A DNA stretch of 46,924 nt from a virus (Duplodnaviria; Caudoviricetes), in IMG/VR virus record IMGVR_UViG_3300036778_000085, positions 1 to 46,924 of that record; one strand, 5' to 3'. A program made the position numbers and the translations under genes. How positions within the stretch are numbered: the first letter of the stretch is position 1; each line of letters opens with the position of its first letter. Below, piece by piece: positions 17,323 to 26,659 of this stretch. Below the pieces are notes generated by a model. That model ran no database searches, was not told where the DNA came from, and saw only the letters and a list, made by a program, of their open reading frames with translations.

Positions 17323-17345
17323 ATATAAATAATGGAGACAATCCC

Positions 17346-17735
17346 ATGCCTGCCGACCTGCGCCCCGCAACTGAACCTCTCTGGCTCTGGATCGACCGCC
17401 AAGGCACCGCCCAGCTCCCTTCCTCAATGATCACCCGGCATCTCTTCTACACTCTACGGATGATCTGGAACAACTTCATGCCACCTGCGGCTCGCGTCGG
17501 CGACTTCCGCCCCTATACCTTCGACCTGCGAACCCACCCACCGGAATACCTCATGGCCGCCATCCTCAACCTCGGCACTGAACTTTTTTCTCGGACCGAC
17601 CTGCGACCCGACCAAATCTTCCAACTCGACCAGATGCGTCAGTGGATCGCGGACAACAATAACCACACACCAATCGCAGAGCTTCTCGTCCTGCCTCGGC
17701 CCATTCCCGCGGTGCAATACGCAAACTGGAGATAA
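17346..17735 (+). CDS. Hypothetical protein
   Basis: GGAG RBS; MITRHLFYTLRMIWNN. Confidence 0.7.
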   Translation: MPADLRPATEPLWLWIDRQGTAQLPSSMITRHLFYTLRMIWNNFMPPAARVGDFRPYTFDLRTHPPEYLMAAILNLGTELFSRTDLRPDQIFQLDQMRQWIADNNNHTPIAELLVLPRPIPAVQYANWR

Positions 17736-17739
17736 ATCG

Positions 17740-18096
17740 ATGACCATCTCCTCCCGCGAAGCCCTGCGCCAAATCAAGCTGGTTGCTTTAACCTATCAAG
17801 ACGGCCCGGCTGCTTTATCGCATATCACCCGCATTTGCCTTGACGCTGGAATAGCCGAAAAACTGAATGATCTGAGCGCCAACGTGGACTTATCCCAATA
17901 CCTCGTTCGCTATCCCGACAACGATCTCGACAACCCCACCATCGAAATCACCGCCGATATCACAACAATGACCGAACAACACTGGGGCCCATCTTCAAAA
18001 CGTTCCTCCCTCTACTACGTCTGGGCCTCCTCCCCCGACGCCGCCCTGAAGATCGCCGCCGAGCGCCTTACCCGCTACCTAATGGAGCCCCGATGA
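17740..18096 (+). CDS. Hypothetical protein
   Basis: GGAG RBS. Confidence 0.65.
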   Translation: MTISSREALRQIKLVALTYQDGPAALSHITRICLDAGIAEKLNDLSANVDLSQYLVRYPDNDLDNPTIEITADITTMTEQHWGPSSKRSSLYYVWASSPDAALKIAAERLTRYLMEPR

Positions 18097-19499
18097 CCAC
18101 CCATCCGCCAACTCTTGAACAATCTGCCATCCTCGACGCCGTCGCCGCCACCCCCACCAACCTGATGATCCGCGCCTATGCCGGCTGCGGCAAGACCTCA
18201 ACCCTTGAACTAATCGACGCCGCCATCCCCGGTCCAACCCTCCTCGTCTGCTTCAACAAAGCCATCGCCGCCACCGCCGCGAAGCGCTTCCGCACCACAA
18301 CACAAGTTCGGACCTTCAACTCGCTCGGCCACCGCATCTGGGCCGCCGCGATCTCCTCGAAGGTCACCTTCAATCCACAGAAGATTCTCGAAATCTTCCG
18401 CTCTCTCGTCGACGAAGCCCCCAAGTCCGACCGGGGCGAACTCTGGGCCAACTGGGACTCCATCCGCCAAGGTGTCGACCTCGCCCGTGCACTGGGCTAC
18501 ATCCCCATCGGACATGCCAAGGCTGAAAAGTCTCTCTGCACCGCCTATCAAGTCCTCGACCTGCTCGACGAAGCCCCTACTGACCTCGCCACCTACTATA
18601 TCGACACCATCCTCACCACCTCGATCTCTCAGTCCTACCGCGGCATCATCGACTTCGCCGACCAATGCTACATGCCGGCGCTGTTCTCCGGAACCTATCC
18701 CCGCTTCCCTGCGGTCCTCGTCGACGAATACCAAGACCTCTCCCCGGTCAACCATGAAATCGTCCGCAAGCTCACCAAGTCCTCGCGCCAAATAGGAGTC
18801 GGCGATGAAGCCCAAGCTATCTATGGATTCCGCGGCGCTACCTCCTCCAGCATGGCTGACGCCACATCTCGCTATGCAATGGATATTTATCCGCTCTCGG
18901 TCTCGTTCCGATGCCCATCTCGGATCGTATCCAATGTACACTGGCGTGTGCCAGACTTTAAAGCATTTCGGGTTGGAGGCACTGTGCTTCACGCCAAGGC
19001 TCTCGCCCACGACTCGGCAACCATCCTCTGCCGAAACAACGCCCCACTCCTAGCCCGTGCGATGACCCTCCTCAAACTCGGCCGCTCCGTCGACGTATCC
19101 GGCATTGATCTCGCCGCCAAACTTCTCAAAACCATGGCCAAACTCGGCCCCGAATCGATGACCTCCGCCCAAACCTTGTCCTCGATCGACAACTGGGAAG
19201 CCGCCAAACTCGCCAACGACTCAAAATCCGCCAAGGACTTCGCCGCCTGCATGCGCGTATTCGCCCGTCAAGGCACCCTCGACGTCGCCATGGCCTACGC
19301 CAAACACCTCTTTGACCAGTCCGGCACTGTCAAGTTCTCCACCGGCCACAAAGCCAAGGGCCTCGAATGGGACCACGTGTACCATCTCGACCCGCAACTC
19401 CTCAACTCGCGGGGCCAAGACCCCAATGTTCGCTACGTCATCGACACTCGCGCCCGGGAGTCCTTGACCTACCTCGACTCGATCGATGTCCCAACCTAA
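18093..19499 (+). CDS. UvrD/Rep-like superfamily 1 helicase
   Basis: AYAGCGKT, VDEYQD, VGDEAQAIYGFRGA, SFRCP, STGHKAKGLEW, YVIDTRAR. Confidence 0.92.
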   Translation: MTTHPPTLEQSAILDAVAATPTNLMIRAYAGCGKTSTLELIDAAIPGPTLLVCFNKAIAATAAKRFRTTTQVRTFNSLGHRIWAAAISSKVTFNPQKILEIFRSLVDEAPKSDRGELWANWDSIRQGVDLARALGYIPIGHAKAEKSLCTAYQVLDLLDEAPTDLATYYIDTILTTSISQSYRGIIDFADQCYMPALFSGTYPRFPAVLVDEYQDLSPVNHEIVRKLTKSSRQIGVGDEAQAIYGFRGATSSSMADATSRYAMDIYPLSVSFRCPSRIVSNVHWRVPDFKAFRVGGTVLHAKALAHDSATILCRNNAPLLARAMTLLKLGRSVDVSGIDLAAKLLKTMAKLGPESMTSAQTLSSIDNWEAAKLANDSKSAKDFAACMRVFARQGTLDVAMAYAKHLFDQSGTVKFSTGHKAKGLEWDHVYHLDPQLLNSRGQDPNVRYVIDTRARESLTYLDSIDVPT

Positions 19500-19509
19500 G
19501 GACTGACCA

Positions 19510-19731
19510 ATGGCAATTGAAGACACGCTTCGACTTGAAGCGAAGAACCAAACCAACCAAGCTGCCGCCGATATTTTAAATCACGCCGCAGCTGTTATCA
19601 CCAAATTACGCGACAAGAACACCAAACTCATATCCCGGCTCAAAAAACTCCACGCCCTCGAAGCTGCCGGCGTCGACAACTGGGAGGGCTACGACTACGC
19701 CATGCAAGAACTAAGCGAGGATGACGAATGA
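19510..19731 (+). CDS. Hypothetical protein
   Basis: LEAAGVDNWEGY motif common in small phage proteins. Confidence 0.7.
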   Translation: MAIEDTLRLEAKNQTNQAAADILNHAAAVITKLRDKNTKLISRLKKLHALEAAGVDNWEGYDYAMQELSEDDE

Positions 19732-20045
19732 CCCTCCCTACCGTAATCGGCGCATACAACGACTGCCTCGACTACTTCGACCAAGCCCTCCTCGCCACCA
19801 AGGGCATCCGCATCCAGTTCGCCGACTACACCGTCGCCAAGTACTTCGTCCTCCGGATGTCCCAGGCCCGCGTCCTCCAACGCGACGAGTCCCGCCGCGT
19901 TTACCCACGCGACGACCCCAAATGGGGCCGGTCCGAATACGACGGCCTCCAAGTCCGCAACCCCATCGAAGACGAAGACGGCCTTTGGTGGGTCAACGTC
20001 GAGCGCCACAACGCCCGTGTCTTAACCGTGGAGGAAATCGAATGA
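19728..20045 (+). CDS. Hypothetical protein
   Basis: Coupled ORF. Confidence 0.7.
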   Translation: MTLPTVIGAYNDCLDYFDQALLATKGIRIQFADYTVAKYFVLRMSQARVLQRDESRRVYPRDDPKWGRSEYDGLQVRNPIEDEDGLWWVNVERHNARVLTVEEIE

Positions 20046-20266
20046 CCCAAGAGATCGACAAGGTCATTGATAAATACATCCGCGGCTCACGTGGCCAGTA
20101 TTTCTTCCAAGAACTCTTCGGCAACACTGAAATCGCCGATGGATATTTCTTCCGCAAGCACGAATGCCGCCGGGCACTCAAGCGCCAGCTTCGTCAAATA
20201 ATCGCCGATCCTATAATCCTCATTGAATATCTCACTCAACGATCTTCAACAGGAGACCACACTTGA
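20042..20266 (+). CDS. Hypothetical protein
   Basis: GGAGG RBS, ATGA overlap. Confidence 0.6.
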   Translation: MTQEIDKVIDKYIRGSRGQYFFQELFGNTEIADGYFFRKHECRRALKRQLRQIIADPIILIEYLTQRSSTGDHT

Positions 20267-20469
20267 AGCCCGAACTACTCACCGAACTCTTCGTCCGCGC
20301 CGACTCCGAAGAACTCGGCATCGCCATTGAGACCAATAACCCAGCGTCGCTCGTGGCCGACCTGCACCAACACCGCACCGCGGTCGGCCTCTGGCCCAAC
20401 ATCATGATCGTCACCCCGTCAACACCGAACACCGTGTTCCTCACTCAACGCTCAGTGGAGCTCGACTAA
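20263..20469 (+). CDS. Hypothetical protein
   Basis: AGGAG RBS, TTG start. Confidence 0.65.
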   Translation: MKPELLTELFVRADSEELGIAIETNNPASLVADLHQHRTAVGLWPNIMIVTPSTPNTVFLTQRSVELD

Positions 20470-20702
20470 TGGTAGATTTCGCCGCCCTCAACGAACGCAA
20501 CCGTATCAAACGCGAAAATTGGCAAAAATTTCTCGCGACCGAACTCGGCGCCGCTTTCAATAAATTCGAGAAAGCCACCATCGCTTGTTGGAAAGAGGAC
20601 TTAAACAATCGTATCCCCGCATCAAAGATGGATCGCCTCGATAAAGAAATGAAAGAGGCCCGCGGCGCCTTCCTCGAACTTCTAATGGACCTGCCCCGAT
20701 GA
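20469..20702 (+). CDS. Hypothetical protein
   Basis: Coupled ORF. Confidence 0.65.
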   Translation: MVDFAALNERNRIKRENWQKFLATELGAAFNKFEKATIACWKEDLNNRIPASKMDRLDKEMKEARGAFLELLMDLPR

Positions 20703-20902
20703 CCCAAAAAGAGATCCTGGCCCACGCCAACGCCCTCAGCGACATCATCGCCAATTCCTACATGGCCTGGGCCTGCACCGTCCTCCCCGACACAACATCG
20801 AAATTCGATGTGCTCAACATCATCGCCCTGGCCATGATTGTCAACCAGGAAGCCCTCAAATCCACTCTTCAAACCTTGGAGACGGCCGATGCCCCAAAAT
20901 GA
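20699..20902 (+). CDS. Hypothetical protein
   Basis: Coupled ORF. Confidence 0.6.
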   Translation: MTQKEILAHANALSDIIANSYMAWACTVLPDTTSKFDVLNIIALAMIVNQEALKSTLQTLETADAPK

Positions 20903-21119
20903 CCTCGACACCCTCATGGAGTCCATCGAACGGATCAACGCCAAATCCCCCGATGAACTCTCAGCCGCCGATATCGACACCCTGATCCACTACCATCGCC
21001 GCAACCGCGCCCGGATGGCCTCTGGCGGCAAACCCCTCAAACCGACAGTCGACCTCTCGGCGGTCATGGCCAAACTCATTCCCGCGCCGCCTCCTGTACC
21101 TAAGATCAGGCGCCTATAA
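20889..21119 (+). CDS. Hypothetical protein ending IRRL
   Basis: GGAG RBS. Confidence 0.65.
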   Translation: MPQNDLDTLMESIERINAKSPDELSAADIDTLIHYHRRNRARMASGGKPLKPTVDLSAVMAKLIPAPPPVPKIRRL

Positions 21120-21304
21120 TGTACCGCCGCCGCAAGACCCTCCGCACCATCGGCACCCAGCCGAAGCTCTTAAACCGCTTCAGTGCTGCTCTATCCGATG
21201 ACGACCTCGCCGCCCTCAACGCCATCGCTGAGCAGCGCCGTACTTCACGCAACGCTCTGCTCCGCCTCGCAATCCACCGCCTGATCCAACAGGAGACCAC
21301 ATGA
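21119..21304 (+). CDS. Ribbon-helix-helix (CopG-like) DNA-binding protein
   Basis: RFSAALSDDDLAALNAIAEQRRTSRNALLRLAI. Confidence 0.7.
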   Translation: MYRRRKTLRTIGTQPKLLNRFSAALSDDDLAALNAIAEQRRTSRNALLRLAIHRLIQQETT

Positions 21305-21462
21305 TCGACCACAAGGAACAACTCGTCGCCTTTCTCCGCAAGCACCGCCCCGGCGTCTCTGCCGAAACCTTCGCCGCCGTTGTCGAAGATCTCCTCGAAG
21401 ACGAAGCCGCCGGCCCGGAGTTCATCTCTCTCCTCAACGACTGGGAGGCCACCTATGCCTAA
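21301..21462 (+). CDS. Small hypothetical protein (53 aa)
   Basis: AGGAG RBS, ATGA overlap. Confidence 0.6.
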   Translation: MIDHKEQLVAFLRKHRPGVSAETFAAVVEDLLEDEAAGPEFISLLNDWEATYA

Positions 21463-21718
21463 GCCCACCTTCAAAGAGGCCGTCGCCTTTGCTACAAACG
21501 AAGTCGAACACCGCCGCATTCTCAACGCCCTCAAGCAATGGCTCGTCTCTCAGGAAATCCCCGAGACCTACTGGACCGCGCTGCTCTCTCAGGCCGCCGG
21601 CGAATCCATCCACGCCAGTTACCATCAAAATCAAGACCTCGAATATTTCCGCCTCTCCATTCGAATCTCCCAGACAATGATCGCCTCTTTCGCCAAGAGG
21701 TGCCCCGATGTCCCTTGA
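21455..21718 (+). CDS. Hypothetical protein
   Basis: GGAGG RBS. Confidence 0.6.
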   Translation: MPKPTFKEAVAFATNEVEHRRILNALKQWLVSQEIPETYWTALLSQAAGESIHASYHQNQDLEYFRLSIRISQTMIASFAKRCPDVP

Positions 21719-22760
21719 TACCGGCCCCGATCCTGTCCTTGACGAATCCCATCTCACTCCCAAGGATGTCGCCTCGCCCTTCCTCCCCGACACCAAGATT
21801 CAATTCGCCTGGGACTCGACCTGCCTCGGCCTTCTCAAAACCTGCCCTCGCCTTTACCAATACACCATCATCGAAGGTTGGGCCTCCCGCCACGAATCGA
21901 TCCACCTCCGCTTCGGTCAAGAATACCATCAAGCTCTTCAAGAATACGACTGGTCCCGCGCCAATGGAGTCCGCCATGAAGATGCAATACACGACGTGGT
22001 CCGAGCCTTACTGGAACGGACTTTCGGTTGGACCGTTAACGAAGAAAGTAAGGCAGGTAAGTATAAAAATCGCACAACACTTATGGGACTTGTCATTGAT
22101 TACCTGGACCACTACCGAGAAGACCCGGCCGAGACCTACATCCGCGAAGACGGATCGCCCGCCGTCGAACTGAGCTTCAGGTTCGAGCTCGACTTCGGGC
22201 CACGGGCAGGTCAATGCACAGTGGGCCTAGAGCCGGGCGATGTCGGAGCACCAGGGCCCGCATACCCCGACCAGCCCTACCTCCTCGCCGGCCACCTCGA
22301 CCGCGTCGTCAACTTCAACTCGATGCTCCTGGTCCTCGACCACAAAACCACAACCTCGACCCTCTCCGGCGATTTCTTCGCCCAGTGGGAGCCCTCCAAC
22401 CAAATGACGCTCTACACCCTCGCGGGCAAGACCGTCCTCAACGCCCCGATCAAAGGTGTGATGATCGGCGGCGCCCAGATCCTCCTGACCGAACCTTCGC
22501 GATTCGTCCGCGGCTTCACCTACCGAACCGACGACCAACTCAACGAATGGCTCGACGACCTTCAACTCTTGCTCTCGATCAACGAACACTACGCCGCCGA
22601 GTCCTACTGGCCAATGAACGACACCTCTTGTGATAAATTCGGCGGCTGCAAATTCCGCGGGGTCTGCTCCAAATCTCCAGACCACCGGGAGAAATTCCTC
22701 AAGGCCGATTTCATCAAACTTCCGGAGGACCAGCGATGGAATCCGCTCAAGGCACGATAG
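21708..22760 (+). CDS. PD-(D/E)XK RecB/Cas4-like exonuclease
   Basis: TCPR, FGQEYH, GHLDRV, LDHKTT, QMTLY, C-terminal C-x5-C-x5-C (probable Fe-S). Confidence 0.88.
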   Translation: MSLDTGPDPVLDESHLTPKDVASPFLPDTKIQFAWDSTCLGLLKTCPRLYQYTIIEGWASRHESIHLRFGQEYHQALQEYDWSRANGVRHEDAIHDVVRALLERTFGWTVNEESKAGKYKNRTTLMGLVIDYLDHYREDPAETYIREDGSPAVELSFRFELDFGPRAGQCTVGLEPGDVGAPGPAYPDQPYLLAGHLDRVVNFNSMLLVLDHKTTTSTLSGDFFAQWEPSNQMTLYTLAGKTVLNAPIKGVMIGGAQILLTEPSRFVRGFTYRTDDQLNEWLDDLQLLLSINEHYAAESYWPMNDTSCDKFGGCKFRGVCSKSPDHREKFLKADFIKLPEDQRWNPLKAR

Positions 22761-22921
22761 AACCGGATCTCTGGATAATCGCCCGTGATCCATCTGACGG
22801 CACATGGTGGGTCGTTGCCCTACGACCACTTGGATCAGTTCGAATCTCTGGTCCACATCACTCACATTGGCGCGCCGAACTTGTTTTAGACGGCCGCCAC
22901 CAACCAAAGTCAATACCATGA
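22736..22921 (+). CDS. Hypothetical protein
   Basis: GGAGG RBS; ATGA overlap with the next gene. Confidence 0.5.
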   Translation: MESAQGTIEPDLWIIARDPSDGTWWVVALRPLGSVRISGPHHSHWRAELVLDGRHQPKSIP

Positions 22922-23172
22922 CCGAAGCCCTCCCTTTTCGAACCCCTGACACCGCCTACATCATTCACACCCGTGTGGTCAAACTCGAGCGCCACTTTCG
23001 CACTTGGTTCACTGGTGTCGGCGACACTGCAATCCGCCACGACGATCCCATCGGCTGGTTCATCCAATTCGCCGGGTCGTCCGAGTCGATCTTCCTCGGC
23101 AACGACATGCCCACATGGAAGGTCGGCGACCCCGTCACAATTCGAATGGAGCGGCGACATGATCCTGAGTAG
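22918..23172 (+). CDS. Hypothetical protein (OB-like beta pattern)
   Basis: Ends KVGDPVTIRMER. Confidence 0.6.
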   Translation: MTEALPFRTPDTAYIIHTRVVKLERHFRTWFTGVGDTAIRHDDPIGWFIQFAGSSESIFLGNDMPTWKVGDPVTIRMERRHDPE

Positions 23173-23353
23173 AGTTCACTTTCCAACCACCAAATACATC
23201 AACGTCTACGAGCCTCTGCCTGGCGATCCCAACGCTGAATGTGTTGGCATCGCCTTTCATACACGCGAAGGTGCCTGGCTCGCCCGTCAAGACGTCCGTG
23301 GATGCAAATACCTTCTCGTGGTCAAGGAACGCGCCTATGCCCAGCCTCGCTGA
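23159..23353 (+). CDS. Hypothetical protein
   Basis: GGAG RBS. Confidence 0.55.
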   Translation: MILSRVHFPTTKYINVYEPLPGDPNAECVGIAFHTREGAWLARQDVRGCKYLLVVKERAYAQPR

Positions 23354-24194
23354 CCATCAATCCAACGACTTCGTCAAACTTTTATTGCTGGGGGATGCCA
23401 AATCAGGTAAGACGGGGTCTCTAGTTTCCTTGGTCAAGGCCGGCTACCGCCTTCGTATCCTCGACCTCGACAACCTCCTCGACATCCTCAAATACATGAT
23501 CCTCGCCGAGTGCCCCGAACTCCTCAACCAAGTAGAGTTCGTCACCCTCCGCGACAATTACAAAGCAACCGCATCAGGAACAATGATCGATGGCACACCT
23601 AAAGCATGGATTAATTCTCTCAAACTGCTCAATCGATGGAAATACGACGACATTGACCTAGGAGTACCGGCTGAATGGGGAGCTGACACTATTCTGGTCG
23701 TCGATTCTCTCTCTCGATGGTGTGACGCTGCGTATGATTTCCACGAGTCCGCTATTCCTCGAGGTAAGTCCGGCGACTTCGACGGGCGCGCCGTGTACGG
23801 TAACGCTCAAGACGATGTCGAAAAGCAACTCGCCTCGCTGACCTCGCGATCCTTCCGCACAAATCTCATCGTCATCGCCCATGGCACCTACATGATCCAA
23901 GGCGACGGCTCAACCCTGATCTTTCCCCAAGGTGTCGGCCAGAAGCTCTCGCCGAAGATCCCCCAATATTTTTCGAATTACATCCGTTACAAGAACCGAG
24001 CAGGCAAGCGCACGATCCAACTCGAATCTGATTCGATGATCAACCTTGCGACTACCAATCCCGCGGCGATGCCCAAAGAACTGGACATCGCCGACGGTCT
24101 CGCGAAGTTCTTTGAAATCCTCCGGGTCGCACCTGGAAAGATCGAGCCCCGACCACAACTCGACAAGTCGGTTAACATAAAGAGGATTAGATGA
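23337..24194 (+). CDS. RecA-fold AAA NTPase (Sak4/AAA_24-like recombinase)
   Basis: GDAKSGKT, ILDLDN, LVVDSLS, IVIAH; between exonuclease and SSB. Confidence 0.82.
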   Translation: MPSLADHQSNDFVKLLLLGDAKSGKTGSLVSLVKAGYRLRILDLDNLLDILKYMILAECPELLNQVEFVTLRDNYKATASGTMIDGTPKAWINSLKLLNRWKYDDIDLGVPAEWGADTILVVDSLSRWCDAAYDFHESAIPRGKSGDFDGRAVYGNAQDDVEKQLASLTSRSFRTNLIVIAHGTYMIQGDGSTLIFPQGVGQKLSPKIPQYFSNYIRYKNRAGKRTIQLESDSMINLATTNPAAMPKELDIADGLAKFFEILRVAPGKIEPRPQLDKSVNIKRIR

Positions 24195-24373
24195 ACGACC
24201 AACCGCTACCTCGGCCGCCCAACGCCGTCGGCATCAACGATCTACTGCAAATCTGGGGCCTGCTGATCCAAGATCAAAACCCGTCGCCGAAGATCGCCCG
24301 CGCCAAAGACAAGCTCGAAACCATCATCGAGCATTTCACCGACGGCCTTGTCGTCAACCAACCCAAAGCCTGA
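24191..24373 (+). CDS. Hypothetical protein
   Basis: GAGGA RBS. Confidence 0.6.
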   Translation: MNDQPLPRPPNAVGINDLLQIWGLLIQDQNPSPKIARAKDKLETIIEHFTDGLVVNQPKA

Positions 24374-24396
24374 TCAAACCTTAAAGGAACACCTCA

Positions 24397-24852
24397 ATGT
24401 CCGCACCGAATTTCGCCTCGATCCTCGACGATTCGCCCACCGAAGTCTCGCGCCCCAAGCCGCTGCCGGCCGGCACCTTCGTCACCCGCGTGATCGGCGC
24501 CCCGCGCTACGACAAGTCCTCGAAGAAGCAAACGCCCTTCGTCGAATTCCAGCTCAAGCTAATCGCCGCCGAAGAAGATGTCGATGAAGATGATCTCGCC
24601 GAAGCCCTCGGCGACAAATCAATCCAGGAGCGGGTCATCCCCTACCAGCTGTACCTGACCGAAGACGCCGTCTACCGCCTCGATGAGTTCCACGAACATT
24701 GCGGCATCGACCTCGAAGACGAACAATCGCGCCGCCAGCGGAACGAAGAGGTCGTCAACTCCGAGGTCCGCGTTGTGATCGCCCATGAAGCATCACAGGA
24801 CGGCCAGCAGGTCTTCGCCCGAGTCCGCCGCACACTTCCGGCCGAATCATGA
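24397..24852 (+). CDS. Probable single-stranded DNA-binding protein (DUF669-like)
   Basis: PKPLPAGTF, OB-like pattern, acidic; follows the NTPase. Confidence 0.7.
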   Translation: MSAPNFASILDDSPTEVSRPKPLPAGTFVTRVIGAPRYDKSSKKQTPFVEFQLKLIAAEEDVDEDDLAEALGDKSIQERVIPYQLYLTEDAVYRLDEFHEHCGIDLEDEQSRRQRNEEVVNSEVRVVIAHEASQDGQQVFARVRRTLPAES

Positions 24853-25058
24853 TCGCCCGGCAGATCAAAGATCTGAGCATCGCTCTCGAAGCGCTTACTC
24901 GGGTCCCCGGTTACGCCAGCGATATGATGCGTGACCGGATTAACAAGCTCATCAATGATCGTCTGAGCGAGCTTGAAGAAGAGAAGTCCGCGCTGGATAA
25001 GGCCAGGCGCGAATACAATCCGCCCGGCCTCGACACCAGCGACAACATCCCCTTCTGA
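24849..25058 (+). CDS. Small protein ending in an SSB-like tail (SDNIPF)
   Basis: ATGA overlap; C-terminus resembles the DDIPF SSB tail. Confidence 0.65.
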   Translation: MIARQIKDLSIALEALTRVPGYASDMMRDRINKLINDRLSELEEEKSALDKARREYNPPGLDTSDNIPF

Positions 25059-25067
25059 CATTAACTT

Positions 25068-25101
25068 CGGGAGGGGCTTCGGTCCCTCCCGCCTTTTATT
25101 T
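25068..25101 (+). terminator. Rho-independent terminator
   Basis: GGGAGGG-gcttcggt-CCCTCCC followed by TTTTATTT. Confidence 0.65.
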
Positions 25102-25112
25102 GGAGCCTCATA

Positions 25113-25562
25113 ATGTATACCGACGAACAGTTCCTCGACATCGGCCGTGATATGCGCAATGGTGAACACGTGTCCGATATCGCACGCGCTCATTACATGA
25201 AATGGGTCGCCAGCCGCGCCGAGCCAAATCCGAACGATGGTTATTCCCACGAACAATGGGATCTGCTCCTTACTGCAACCTACACCCAGATGATGGATCT
25301 CGCTCGCACCAAAGGTTCCGAATACGCCCATGGTGCCGACCGCCTCGACAACTTCCGCCGCGCCGCCAAAGAATTCGACATCCCAATGGAACTCGTCTGG
25401 CGTATCTACGCCAGCAAGCACTGGGATTCGATCACGACCTACATCCGAGATCTTGTCAAAGGAACCGATCGACAGCGCTCCGAGCCGATCTCAGGCCGGA
25501 TCGATGACCTTCTTGTCTATCTTCTATTGCTCAAGGCCATGGTCGAGGAGCGCGGTGAATGA
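25113..25562 (+). CDS. Nucleotide-modification-associated domain 1 (DUF1599-like) protein
   Basis: KGSEYAHGADRLDNF...KHWDSI...EPISGRIDDLLVYLLL. Confidence 0.65.
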   Translation: MYTDEQFLDIGRDMRNGEHVSDIARAHYMKWVASRAEPNPNDGYSHEQWDLLLTATYTQMMDLARTKGSEYAHGADRLDNFRRAAKEFDIPMELVWRIYASKHWDSITTYIRDLVKGTDRQRSEPISGRIDDLLVYLLLLKAMVEERGE

Positions 25563-26659
25563 CCGCCATCGTCCTTGTAGGTGAGGCTTTAGGCGAGACT
25601 GAAGTCAGATATGGCCAAAACTTCGTCGGCCCGTCTGGCATTGAACTTATCCGGATGCTCGGCGAATCCGGCATCATCGCCCTCTCCGCCTCCGACCGCG
25701 ACTTCATCATGAAGTACTACTCAACTCAAGACCCCGCTGTTGTCGACGCCCTATGGCGCCTCCACCCCGAAGTCTACCGCACAAACGTCTTCAATCTCCA
25801 CCCGCCCGGCAATGATCTTGAAGAATTCTGCGGCCCGAAATCCACCGCCATCCCTGGCTATCCCGCCCTCACAAAATCAAAGTATGTCCGCCATGAATTT
25901 GCCCCCGAACTTGACCGACTTGCTGACGACATTCTACGCCTGGATCCTAATCTTATTGTCTGTCTTGGGAATACTCCACTGTGGGCTCTCGCAGGACGCT
26001 CGGGAATCACCAAACTCCGAGGTACAACGCTGGTATCAACTCACACTGTTGTGGGCTATAAACTGCTTGCTAGTTTCCATCCAGCTTATGTTCTACGTCA
26101 GTACGAATCCCGGCCGATAGTCATCGCCGACTTGATGAAAGCCGCCCGCGAATCCCTCTACCCCGAACTACGAAGGCCCGCCCGTGAAATCTGGATCGAA
26201 CCATCGCTCGAAGACATTGAGCTCTTTATCGCCCGACACATCGCCCGAGGCAATCTACTATCTGTCGACATTGAAACGGCTGGAGACCGAATTACGTGCA
26301 TCGGCCTCGCTCCATCCGCAGCTCTTGGCATCGTTATCCCCTTCGATGACGAGCGAAAACCTTCGCGAAGCTATTGGGATTCTGTCTCAGATGAATCGCG
26401 ATGTTGGCGCCTTATACGAGCAGTTCTACAAGATCCTGGAATCCCGAAGCTTTTCCAGAACGGCCTCTATGACATAGCCTTTTTGTGGCGGTCGATGAAG
26501 ATCAAGGTCCTAGGCGCCAGTGAAGACACAATGTTGTTGCACCACGCCTTACAACCTGAGATGCTCAAGGGCTTAGGCTTCCTCGGATCGATCTACTCAG
26601 ATCAAGGTGCATGGAAGAATATGAGACGAAAAGATGAAACCATCAAGAGAGATAGTTGA
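25559..26659 (+). CDS. Uracil-DNA-glycosylase-like domain fused to the N-terminal part of a PolA 3'-5' exonuclease
   Basis: VGEALG...FVGPSG, TNV, IVCLG, HPAYVLR; then SVDIET (ExoI), QNGLYD (ExoII), DTMLLHH. Confidence 0.85.
   Translation: MTAIVLVGEALGETEVRYGQNFVGPSGIELIRMLGESGIIALSASDRDFIMKYYSTQDPAVVDALWRLHPEVYRTNVFNLHPPGNDLEEFCGPKSTAIPGYPALTKSKYVRHEFAPELDRLADDILRLDPNLIVCLGNTPLWALAGRSGITKLRGTTLVSTHTVVGYKLLASFHPAYVLRQYESRPIVIADLMKAARESLYPELRRPAREIWIEPSLEDIELFIARHIARGNLLSVDIETAGDRITCIGLAPSAALGIVIPFDDERKPSRSYWDSVSDESRCWRLIRAVLQDPGIPKLFQNGLYDIAFLWRSMKIKVLGASEDTMLLHHALQPEMLKGLGFLGSIYSDQGAWKNMRRKDETIKRDS

Noticed and set aside
21708-22760. Cas4 as part of a CRISPR-Cas system
   Set aside because: No other cas genes or array; the context is a phage recombination module
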